A DNA stretch of 64,000 bases from Macrostomum hystrix. Lineage: Eukaryota; Animalia; Platyhelminthes. Positions 38,335-48,460 of the stretch are shown here, piece after piece. The stretch is from NCBI GenBank assembly GCA_950097015.1, contig CATNEN010000001.1:26722001-26786000 (forward strand), given 5' to 3'. The position numbers and the translations under genes were made by a program. Each line of letters starts with the position of its first letter. Positions within the stretch are counted from its first letter, which is position 1. The notes below the pieces were generated by a model that had not been told where the DNA came from, did no database searches, and saw nothing but the letters and a program-made list of their open reading frames with translations.

Positions 38335-39113
38335 TCAGACAAAAGGTGACAGGCACTCGCAGTAGCCTCCGGCTGCGAAATTGTAGTTGTCTGTCTGCAA
38401 GTCGATGAATTTTTTGAATAGTCGACAGCAGCTCGATTCTCTTTGCCACCGCCATTGTTGGGCTCTCCGCTGCTCCACAGTTCAGATGAAATGTTCAGGC
38501 CGCAGCTGACCCACTGCCAGCCTCCCGATGGCTCCTGACTGCCCAGAAGCTGCCAGCCGCCCAGATAAACTGAATAATATCCCGTTATATGAGGATTTCC
38601 AATTTGGCTCGCAACAATTGGCCCAACAATCTGCATCTCACTGCCATCCGTCACATCCGCCATGATGACGAGTCCAGGCTCCGCATCGCACATGGCCTTG
38701 CAGCTTGTCCAGTTACCAACGCAGCTCATGAACTTGTACTTGACGCCGCAAGAGTCATTCGCGTATCCGGCAGGACACAGAGCTCCGGGCGGCAGTCCTG
38801 ACTGCTGCTTCACAAACAGCTGTCCTGTGCGGCTGCAGCCGCAGTCTCTCACGCTCTTGCTGCACCTGTCGAACACGAACAGCTTGCACGGACCGTCGGA
38901 CATGGAGAAGGCCTGACATTGCTGTCTGCTGCTGCACAGACTCGAGCACTTCATGCTGGACTTGGCCTCGGCGTGGGTCTCGACGAACTGAGCGTTGATG
39001 CACAGCAGCCCGTTGATTCTGTAGTAGAAGCTGGCAGAGCTCGCCAGAGACAGCGCCAGCGACATCAACACCAAGAGAAGTCGCAGGCTTTTGACAGCTC
39101 TGAGAGTTCTCAT
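38335..39113 (-). CDS. Secreted PAN/Apple-C-type lectin, copy 6 (1-nt frameshift in a homopolymer near the C-terminus)
   Basis: Adding one base in the T6 run at 38410-38415 restores ...FIDLQTDNYNFAAGGYCECLSPFV-stop; either a sequencing error or a young pseudogene. Confidence 0.75.
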
Positions 39114-40586
39114 CGCGCAACGATTTTTTTTCAAGATTCACAGTTTTAAAAAAACAGAACTTCTTTGCAGAAGGATTTTTCTTTTTGCTTAACGGCGCTG
39201 CATTTAAAACAGAACTCCCCGCTGTCCGTTTCTGACTGCTTGCAACTTTCCAGCCAGCCAATCAGATTTCGCTTGTTCGAAAATTTGTGGGATGAATCGA
39301 TGCGCTAGAGCTGAGTAGGATAAAACGTTGCTCGAAATTCGTTGAATTTTTGTTTTGATTGCGTCGTCACAATAAAATGTCTTGTACCTTGTTGTCAAGT
39401 TTCGGGAGTTAATATTGTACATTACTGTGACTTGCATAGCATCGTATTGAATTCTAATGGGTTTCTTCATTCTAGTCCGATAACGACCTTAAAGTGTTCT
39501 TCGAGTGATCCAGAAGTTCGCTGGATCTGGCATACGTCCTGAAAGGACCAAATGTGGCAAACGCACCGAGCTACAACCGCTACATTGTGATTTTGCATTT
39601 ACCAAAAAGTGGTATGTGTTAATTTTTCAAGATTTTCAAGTTAGTTAAGAAATGTTACAAAGGACTGGGAAAACTTTGCATAGGCATCATTGCGCCTCAC
39701 GAAATTCAGAGAGTAACAAGGAATAACATGAAACTGTAAGAGTACAATAGCGGCCAGAGCCAGTTAAGAAGACTGTTTTTGCTCTCTGCTTCCTGTGGAA
39801 TATATTTCCGCACAAAATATTTCTGTAGCTTCTAACTTTCTTTAGGGAGTGCTGGAAAACTGGCTGCGTCTGTTTCCGTGAGTTTCGCTTTGAAAAGCCG
39901 TGACTGTGGCTAGGTAGGTAGGTATTTCTGAAAAATTGAAGTTGCTTGGAATTGCGTGAAAGTATAGGACTTCCCTCAAATTTTGTCTTCCGTTGTTTAC
40001 AGCAAAGCTGAGTGCAAATTGGAAACAAGCAAACGACTTTTAAGCCATGCTTTTCCACTGAGCGAGTAGATGATGAAATATTAATGCCAGTCTGTTTTTC
40101 AGTTTTTTGGAATATTAAGATGTCATCTACGATAATATTCTAATATTCTGCATTCACCTTGGTGCCGATTGGCACTGGCCAGTCCACCAGGACCCATGGA
40201 TGTCAAAGAAGACTATGTGCATCACCTTCAAGGAGCTCTGCTTCCGTTGAACCTTCTCAGGACTCGCTGATCCCCTTGGAAGCCACTGTGCTGACTGGCG
40301 CTTGAGCTCAGAATCCCTCTCGTAGACCTGTCTCATCTCCTGTCACAATTCTGCTGAGAAAGTTGCTTCCCTCTCGATTAAACCGTCGAAGGTGCTCTTG
40401 CGCCAGGGTCACCCTCTCCTTGGTCCTCAGTCAGGAGATGAGGCACCCACTTTGCGAAGATCTTCTGCATGTTCAGCTGCTCAGTACGAATGCGATGCAC
40501 TGTGCTGTGAGGAATGTCCAGGAGGTCCTCGATCTCATTGCAAGTCAATCTGCTGTCAACAGTGACTGCAGCTTTGACACGCTCTG

Positions 40587-40830
40587 TGTGAGAGATACAA
40601 TTCAGACTACTGACAACAGTAGAAAAGCAAAGACTTAGCTGCAAAACTCTCACATAACACTAAAAAAATATCGCCATAAAAAATGGCAAGCTTAAAAGAG
40701 ACTTCTGTGCACACTGAGAGTGGTGGGAGAGGACGGCGTGTGGCTATGGCTGACTGACGAAGGCAAACAAGCCAGAAACCGGTCTCGGTCTGCCAGCGCG
40801 AGGTTCGTTCCCCACTTTTAGTGTGTTACA
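40587..40830. mobile_element. Solo-LTR-like element, 244 bp, TG...CA, 5-bp TSD CTCTG
   Basis: TSD at 40582-40586 and 40831-40835; excision restores transposase ...NAE-RVK...; second copy at 45733-45974. Confidence 0.88.
40743..40797 (+). ncRNA. Type I hammerhead-ribozyme-like motif within the solo LTR
   Basis: CUGACGA 40754-60, stem II GGC/GCC, GAAA 40775-78, stem III ACCG/CGGU, GUC cleavage triplet ending 40790; non-canonical A.A at the base of stem II and a bulged stem I. Confidence 0.5.
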
Positions 40831-41390
40831 CTCTGCGTTTGCATCAGTGGTGGCTGTTCTTGGCCTTCCAGACCGCTCTTTGTCTTCCATCGACAGTCTG
40901 CCTCCATGAACTTCACGGACCCATTTCCGAACCGTTTGAATTGATGGAGCATCTTCTTTCAGAACTTGTCCAAGCTCTTCATGAATCCCTGATGTTGATT
41001 TGCCAGCCAAAACTGAAAACTTGATGATGTTTCTGACGTCGTATCGTGTGAACGAAGCCGAAGTGGCCATCTTCGCAAACGAAGCTGTGTTTAACTTGAT
41101 GCCCTGCAGCTTGTGAGACTGCATTTGCTTTAAAACTTTTGGTGCCTTTTGCCATAGACATATAGATTCAGGAATGACTAACCGCGTTTACCAAAAATGT
41201 ACTTAAGAAAATTTATATTGCAGCGAAACTTTTTTTGGGATAGCCCTTGTAATATGAAACTACGCTCGTATCAGTACAGTAGATTTTGTGTGTGCCTTGA
41301 CATTAGAGGGTAGTGTATAAGTTTAAGTTGTAGTAGCTCCACGAGCAATGATGATTAGTTTGAGTAGCAAAAACGCCAAAAAAGCTAAAA

Positions 41391-41750
41391 GGGCGGATAG
41401 CTCAGTCAGTAAGGTGTCGGACTCTGGATCAGATGGTCCTGGGTTCGACTCCCGACCTAGTCTAGAACTATTCGTGTAGCCTTTGGCAAGCTGCTCTGCC
41501 CTGATGTGCACACAGTCTACTCAGCTGCAAATGAGTACCGACATTTCGTGGGGTAATAATGATTCCGGCTGGCGTGGAATAAAGCAGTTCTGTGCGGCAA
41601 TTCAGTGGGGTTTGGATGCTGCCGATATGTATCGAAAAAAATAAATTCCATTGCTGACAAGCGGCTGTCAGCTAGTGTCCGAGAAAGCCAAGGATTACAT
41701 TAGGTCTGCAGAACCCACCTGCTAGTTTGCTTGACACGAGAACTCTACTT
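41391..41750 (+). mobile_element. tRNA-derived SINE (family C)
   Basis: Head GGGCGGATAGCTCAGT..GGTTCGACTCCC followed by CORE-like GTAGCCTTTGGCAAG..CAGTCTACTCAGCTGCAAATGAGTACC; 3' boundary approximate. Confidence 0.65.
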
Positions 41751-41861
41751 GGCCTGAACTTGAGATTGCATACTCAGATAGAATAGCATTGAATCTCAAC
41801 ATTGAATGATGAGAAACCTTGAAGTTGATGTCGCCAGATTGTACTAAAAAATTAATTTCAG

Positions 41862-42175
41862 GAGGGCTGCGAGAATGGCACATCATTTCGTGATACTAGA
41901 CACGCAGCTAGCGAGGAGGCAATCATGTCCGTTCCGCTGACTCCTGAGCACACATGCACACGGATACTGTACACAGACATAAGTTCACACGTTTCACTAC
42001 ACTGCACTACATCTGCCATGACTTTCTCAGCATTCACTGTGCCTTGCAGGTTGGCCCCTCAAGGGCTTAAACCGCACGACAAGCCCCCAAGCCTTCTCTC
42101 CGCGGCTGCGCCCCAAATGAATGTGGCCTCGCCGCGGAATCGAACTCAGGTACCTTGGCGCGAGAGGCAAACGCC
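41862..42175 (-). mobile_element. SINE family A copy
   Basis: Shared family sequence. Confidence 0.8.
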
Positions 42176-42399
42176 TCTTTCTTTCGCCTTATGGTAAAAT
42201 CAAGTTATCGCGTGTGAATGTACTTTTATTTGCAAAAGACCAATGCACACATGGCTTTCGAGTTTTCCTCTTCGAGTTCACACTCGTTTGGTAGGAGGAA
42301 GGCAGAGAACCAGGATGTGGTTTTTTGCCTTCGATAATTGAAAATTCGCAGAAGCCCAGCTCTTGGACGCTGTCTAGCTCCCTTTCACTGCGTCGCTCG

Positions 42400-43175
42400 T
42401 CACCGACGGACCAGGAACACGCAGCCGTCAGTTGGCACTCCAGTTGGCACAGCAGCGAATCGAAGCAGTCGGCAGGTGAGCGACTGCTTAGCGAAGAGCA
42501 CAGCCTGGCAGTCGGACCCAGCGATGCACCGACTGACGCATCTCACGAGGCTGGATGCGCTGACGGTCCAGGATGTGGCGCCCAGATAGCCTTCGCCGAC
42601 GACTAAGCTAGTTTTTACAGAGGCCACGAGAGTGCGCTCGTCTGCAGTGCGCGGAGAGGGTTCAAGAGACTAGCTGGTCCTGAATGATTCTCTGGTTTGT
42701 GAGTCAATACCGATACCCCCGATTTGCATCAGGTTGAGCATGAGTTTAGAAGCAGAAGAGCCTCACCAAGGTAAGTGTTGGCAAACACTGAAATTCTGTC
42801 AGCGCCGCCGCACCTCTGAGCCGGACTGCCCGTGCAGGTGCTGTCACACTCGCTGTCGTATTTAGCCGCGCCCTGGGAGCCGTAGGAGCTGCCGCAGAAG
42901 CACTGCTTGCCGAATTCAACGCCAAAGTAGGGCCAGCCGCCCAGGGAGCAGAAGCTGCCGCACAGCTCATAGCTCATCGAACTCGACTCGAGACGTTCAG
43001 CTCCGGTCAGAGCATGGCCGGCAATGTTCTCAATGCCCTTCAGGGAGTTCATGCTTCTGACGTAGCCGAGGTTATCGCGGTAGCAGCCAACGTACAAGAA
43101 TCTCAGTGTCCTGCCGGCATGAACTGCCAGTGAAGACCACAAGAAGCTGGTCAAGATTGCCACAATCACTGCCAT
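42400..43175 (-). CDS. Secreted WSC-domain + C-terminal PAN/Apple-like protein (paralog 2)
   Basis: Exon 1 43175-42767 (signal peptide, WSC YVGCYRD..CGSFC..YFGVEFGKQCFCG..RCGG); phase-1 intron at the same position as in paralog 1; exon 2 42641-42400 (CVSRC..DCQAVLF..TCRLL). Confidence 0.85.
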
Positions 43176-43605
43176 GTCGCATTGTGTGAGTGAAGTCTGC
43201 GAGATTTCCTATGGATATCAGAGAGTTCGTTTTATCCACAATTTCCGTGGGAAACTCAGCAGATGGATGTTGACAGTTTTCAGATTTCAGAGCCGCCGTA
43301 ACTTTAGGAATCGGTTTCTAGCAAATGGTGTTGAAATGAAGGATTTAACACTATTGTTAGCAGAGAAAGCAAAAAAGATTTTGCGAATAAATAAATGCAA
43401 GCCAGCATTTAATAGGCATTTATGCCTATTAAGTCAATCCAAATTGGTACAAACTGCTCATTGAATGACGAAGAATTTCTCACGCGAAGCATTTCAAAGC
43501 AAAAAGTACTGAAATTTAACTTTGTCAACTTTCTTCCAATTTATTTCGACACTTGTGCCTGATAGGCTGTAAGTAAGTGGTAATGCTGTGATTCTATCGA
43601 GTTGT

Positions 43606-44060
43606 CTTGCTGCGATTCTAAAAAAGGTTCTTACTGCGATTCTAGTTCTTGCTGCGATTCTAAATAAGGTTCTTACTGCGATTCTAGTTCTTGCTGCGAT
43701 TCTAAATAAGGTTCTTGCTGCGATTCTTAATAAGTTTCTTGCTGCGATTCTAGTTCTTGCTGCGATTCTAGTTATTACTGCGATTCTAGTTCTTGCTGCG
43801 ATTCTAGTTCTTACTGCGATTCTAGTTCTTGCTGCGATTCTAGTTCTTGCTGCAATTTTAGTTCTTGCTGCGATTCTAGTTCTTGCTGCGATTCTAGTTA
43901 TTACTGCGATTCTAGTTCTTGCTGCGATTCTAGTTCTTGCTGCGATTCTAGTTCTTGCTGCGATTCCAGTTCTTGCTGCGATTCTAGTTCTTGCTGCGAT
44001 TCTAGTTCTTGCTGCGATTCTAGTTCTTACTGCGATTCTAGTTCTTGCTGCGATTCCAGT
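43606..44060. repeat. 18-bp minisatellite (CTTGCTGCGATTCTAGTT)n
   Basis: Directly visible. Confidence 0.93.
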
Positions 44061-44412
44061 TACGACTCGTAAGATTATTGTCGCGAAAATATATGGAGTT
44101 ACGTTGTAAATTTCAAACGCATTTATTTACAAAACAAAATATTATTTCACTTTTCAATGCAATATTTGACAGGACACGACAATCAGCGAGCTGTGTTGCG
44201 TGCAAGAATATATTTCATTTTGCACCTTTAATGCTTACACCTGTACATTAAAATATGTAAATTATTACCAAAGCATGCACATCTATTTCTGTAACAGAAA
44301 TTTAGCAAATGAGTACAATTATAATCGCATTTTTTGGCAGTTAAATAGTAAAGTTTCATTTTAATTACAACAGAAGCAGCAAAGTAGGACGCATCGGAAG
44401 GATTCTGAGCCT

Positions 44413-46982
44413 TCAAACAAAAGTTTGGCTGCTGAAAAGCTTTGGCGGCTCAGGTGAGTAGGCTGATGCTGATGCTGCTGCTGCTGCTGCTGCTGCTGCT
44501 GGCAGCATGGAGGTCAAGCTGCTGCAGCTAATAGCATTCAGTGGAGCCAATTTCATCCCACCTGCGGGTGAGATGCCATCAACACTGATGATTATAAGAC
44601 ACGGATCAGAATGCTTGCAGCACTACTTTTAGTAAAAATGTTAGGAATTGAGTGAATAATTTTTTAGTTAATCTATTATTACTTAAGCGAGTTAGCTTGT
44701 CTGTAATGTTTTTTATTTATTACATATGCGCCAATCGGGCCAGATGTGCAGCCGGCAGCACAGCCGCAGCTATTGCGCGGCGCATCTGAAGGCTGCGTAC
44801 GGCTGTTCAGTCCATGGACTGGGGGGACGCCACACCCACCCTCAATTACCCCAGCTAATGCTAAATGCTGGTACAAATTTAACAGATATGCAGAGTTAAG
44901 TGTCTTGCTAAAGGACACAAATTGCTTCAGCGAAGTCAGGAATCGAACCCCCGACCTTCAAGTTGTGAGACCGATGCTTTAACCACAAGGCTACAACCTT
45001 GTCAGTAAGGTTAACAATAAGTTAAAATTATAGACAATAGAACTCACCTGCCACAGTGCCGTTGGGCTTAACCAGCGACTTGATCCTCTTGGACTTTCGC
45101 TTCCTCGTCTGAATCACATCCTTCTTCAGCGATGCTGGTCTGGGAGTCTGGAATGATACGAACAAGAGTTGAAACCTTGTGTCTGTAGGTTTCAACCTGA
45201 AGGGTTGAACCTGAAGGGTTGAACCTGAAGGGTTGAACCTGAAGGGTTGAACCTGAAGGGTTGAACCTGAAGTGTTGAACCTGAAGGGTTGAACCTGAAG
45301 TGTTGAACCTGAAGGGTTGAACCTGAAGGGTTGAACCTGAAGGGTTGAACCTGAAGGGTTGAACCTGAAGGGTTGAACCTGAAGGGTTGAACCTGAAGGG
45401 TTGAACCTTAAGGGTTGAACCTAAAGGGTTGAACCTGAAGGGTTGAACCTGAAGGGTTGAACCTGAAGGGAGCTCAGGCCGCAGTCTCACCCCGTGCAGT
45501 TTCTCGTACAATCCGCAGGCGTTGCAGACAGTCAGGCCGTGGGGGCTCCGGCGCCACAGAGTTGACTGAGCAGTTTGGCAGTTTGAGCACACGGTGCCAG
45601 CGCGTCTGGATAGCTGGGGTTGGTCGGACGAAGGTGAAAGTTGACATTTTTCGGTGTAACTGTGGTAGTCTTGATAATGAAATTCCTCTACTCAATCGCA
45701 AGACTCAATTAATTTCTTAGAAAAAGAACTCATGTGAGAGATACAATTCAGACTACTGACAACAGTAGAAAAGCAAAGACTTGGCTGCAAAACTCTCACA
45801 TAACACTAAAAAGTATCGCCATAAAAATGGCAAGCTTAAAAGAGACTTCTGTGCACACTAAAAGTGGTGGGAGAGGACGGCGTGTGGCTATGGCTGACTG
45901 ACGAAGGCAAACAAGCCAGAAACCGGTCTCGGTCTGCCAGCGCGAGGTTCGTTCCCCACTTTTAGTGTGTTACAACTCACATGTCTCCTGGAGGTGTGAT
46001 TTCCGCAGCTGGCCTCCATTGAATGGACTGCAGAACCGTCAAGTGGGGAAAAATGCTGTTCTTGCTGCTGCTGCTGCTGCTGCTGTGGTGTCTGAGCAGA
46101 TGAGGGGAGTTGAGCTGGAGCTCCACTGTACAGAGCACAGGTGGCGCAGAGGAAATGTTCAGTAGCGGATGGGCTGCAGTCACCTTCATTGTCCAGCTGC
46201 TGCTGCTGCTGATGCTGATGATGCTCCTTGAAGCGAACTCTTTGCGAGGCCGAAGGAATCAACACGCCGCAGGCGGCGCACTCCTGCTGACTGTGCGACA
46301 GGCGCGAAGAGGCGGCTGCTGCGGTGGCGGTGACGGAAGCCGCAGAGCAGGATGAGTTGATTGACGGTACAGATGCAGGCAGGAGATCACCAAAATGACA
46401 GGCGGTGCTGTACCCTGCAGGAGTTCAGGGTTAGGGTTAGGGTTAGGACTTAGGGTTAGGGTTAGAGAGATTAGAGAGGAGATAAGATAGGTGAAACAAA
46501 ATCTAAGTAAGAACTGGTGGGTGATGCGTCTTTAACTTAAAAAAAATTATTTGCAGAAGGGCTAAAGCTGTCAATGGCACATCATTTGGTGACACTTGAC
46601 CCGCAGCGCGCGACGAGGCAATTCTACCTATTTCGCTGACTCGTGAGCACACGTGCACACAGGCACACGCTCACATAGGTGTGTACATCTGCCCTGACTT
46701 TCTCATCGTCAGGCAGTGTACTCTCTCACTGTGACTTGCAGGTTGCCCCACAATGGCGTAAATTGCACAACAAGCCCCCAAGTCTTCTCTCCGCGGCTGC
46801 GCCCCAAATGAATGTGGCCTCACCGCAGAATCGAACTCAGGGACCTTGTTGCGAGAGGCAAACGCGTTAGACCACTCTGCAACAGGCCCCCTAAGCTTCA
46901 ATTAGTGAGCGATCCACAAGATGAAACCAGCAGATCGGGTGGTCACTCACAGTCAGCTGGAAGGATCGCCCCAGCCACAGCG

Positions 46983-47038
<56 letters not shown>

Positions 47039-48193
47039 ATAGCACCAATTCTGATAGGAACCGTAGGGCAACTGATTCAATTCAGACTGGAAATGAGGTG
47101 TTGGCGTGTGGTGTTGCTGCTGATGCTGCTGCTGATGCTGCAGGTGCTGCAGGTTCTCCGTAACAATGGAGTTCTGATCCGTTGAATGGCAGTGACTGGC
47201 CCACACGTGCTGCTGCTCGCGACGACCTGAAATATGACCTGTTGATGCTGGAGATTTTAAGGAGAGTAGAGATTGGAGAGAGTAGACAGAGTAGAGAGAC
47301 CGCATATGAGACAGATATTAGAGATTCGAGATTGGAAAGAGAGTGGGAAATAGAGTAGAAATGAGAGAGAGTAGAGATTGGAGAGGGTGGAAATGAGAGT
47401 GGGTAGAAATGAGAGAGGGTGGAAATGAGAGAGGGTGGAAATGAGAGAGGGTGGAAATGAGAGAGGGTGGAAATGAGAGAGGGTGGAAATGAGAGAGGGT
47501 GGAAATGAGAGTGGGTAGAAATGAGAGAGGGTAGAAATGAGAGTGGGTAGAAATGAGAGTGGGTAGAAATGAGAGTGGGTAGAAATGAGAGAGGGTAGAA
47601 ATGAGAGAGAATAGAGATTGGAGAGATTAGAGATTGGAGAGAGTAGAGATTGGAGAGAGTAGAGATTGGAGAGAGTAGAGATTGGAGAGAGTTGAGATTG
47701 GAGAGAGTAGAGATTGGAGAGAGTAGAGATTGGAGAGAGTAGAGATTGGAGAGAGTAGAGATTGGAGAGAGTAGAGATTGGAGAGAGTAGAGATTGGAGA
47801 GAAAAAGAGTATAAATTGGAGAAAGAGAGTAGAAATTAAAGACAGTATAGATAGGAGAGTTGAGATTGGAGAAAGAGTAGAGATTGGAGTGCGGAGAGAG
47901 GTGACAATGATGCGAGGAGCTTTTCAAAGCTGTCTTAAATCTGAGGACTCACCCAGTCTATACCCAACATAGGGATAGTGGAAGTCGGCAGGGGATACGG
48001 CAGAACCAGACTGCAGTTGCTGCTCTGCATGCTCTGGCAGGCTAGCTATTGAGGGCTGAAAATGCTGCTGCTGCTGTGGCGGCAGTTGCTGCTGTGGCGG
48101 CAGTTGCTGCTGCTGCTGCTGTTGCTGTAGATAATCCCTGGGCGGATGGGCACTGATTCGAGCTGACCAAGGTGGATAATACGCAGCAGCCAT
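44413..48193 (-). CDS. GATA: GATA zinc-finger transcription factor (intact C-finger, degenerate N-finger, polyQ N-terminus)
   Basis: Phase-consistent exons 48193-47953, 47226-46951, 46414-45981, 45613-45491, 45147-45048, 44561-44413. C-finger [41 protein letters not shown]|[18 protein letters not shown] with the usual GATA intron positions. Confidence 0.88.
44715..45000 (-). mobile_element. SINE family B copy in the last GATA intron
   Basis: Shared family sequence. Confidence 0.8.
45193..45470. repeat. 14-bp minisatellite (AACCTGAAGGGTTG)n filling a GATA intron
   Basis: Directly visible. Confidence 0.95.
45733..45974. mobile_element. Solo-LTR-like element, copy 2, 242 bp, 5-bp TSD ACTCA; hammerhead-like core at 45898-45934 (+)
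   Basis: Near-identical to 40587-40830; TSD at 45728-45732 and 45975-45979. Confidence 0.88.
46427..46464. repeat. Interstitial telomeric repeat (TTAGGG) x~6
   Basis: agggttagggttagggttaggacttagggttagggttag. Confidence 0.8.
46557..46892 (-). mobile_element. SINE family A copy in a GATA intron
   Basis: Shared family sequence. Confidence 0.82.
47262..47890. repeat. Composite purine-rich 17-18-bp minisatellites filling GATA intron 1
   Basis: (GAAATGAGAGAGGGTG)n then (GAGATTGGAGAGAGTA)n. Confidence 0.9.
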
Positions 48194-48460
48194 CAAGGGA
48201 GAGAATAGATATATAATAAAGAGTGAGGGAGGGGCAGACACTGATGCCTGAGTGCTGGGATAAGGATTAAGCTGTGCAGCCCCCTGATAAAATGGGCAAC
48301 TATCCTCTACAGCGGTTTCTGTTATCGGACAGGCAGACAGACAGACAGACGGTGGCACCAATTTGTTTTTGGTCTAACGGGATCTTGATAACACAGCCGG
48401 GTCTGCAGTTGAACTGCAATCTATATTGCCGCATGGAGGGTGAGGGTCTGAACTGCCTCC

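Larger units (their letters stand above)
40154..41249 (-). mobile_element. Defective Tc1/mariner (mariner-type) transposon interrupted by a solo LTR
   Basis: Transposase from ATG 41070: HTH (IHEEL..V..W.R....G...ED..RSGRP), WVPHLLT, KRQSAQW, KVMHIVFFD. TIR-like end TA-CAAGGGCTATCCCAAAAAAAG at 41251-41229. Frameshifted and 3'-truncated. Confidence 0.88.

Noticed and set aside
25415-39113. Diversity-generating retroelement acting on the C-type lectin fold
   Set aside because: No reverse transcriptase or template repeat; differences include indels and are not adenine-specific
41391-41462. tRNA gene (also the heads at 34996, 56351, 16950-17020)
   Set aside because: A/B boxes are present but the acceptor stems do not close and each runs into a repeat body; these are SINE heads
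43588-44109. Hydrophobic (VLAAIL)n membrane protein
   Set aside because: Translation of an 18-bp minisatellite
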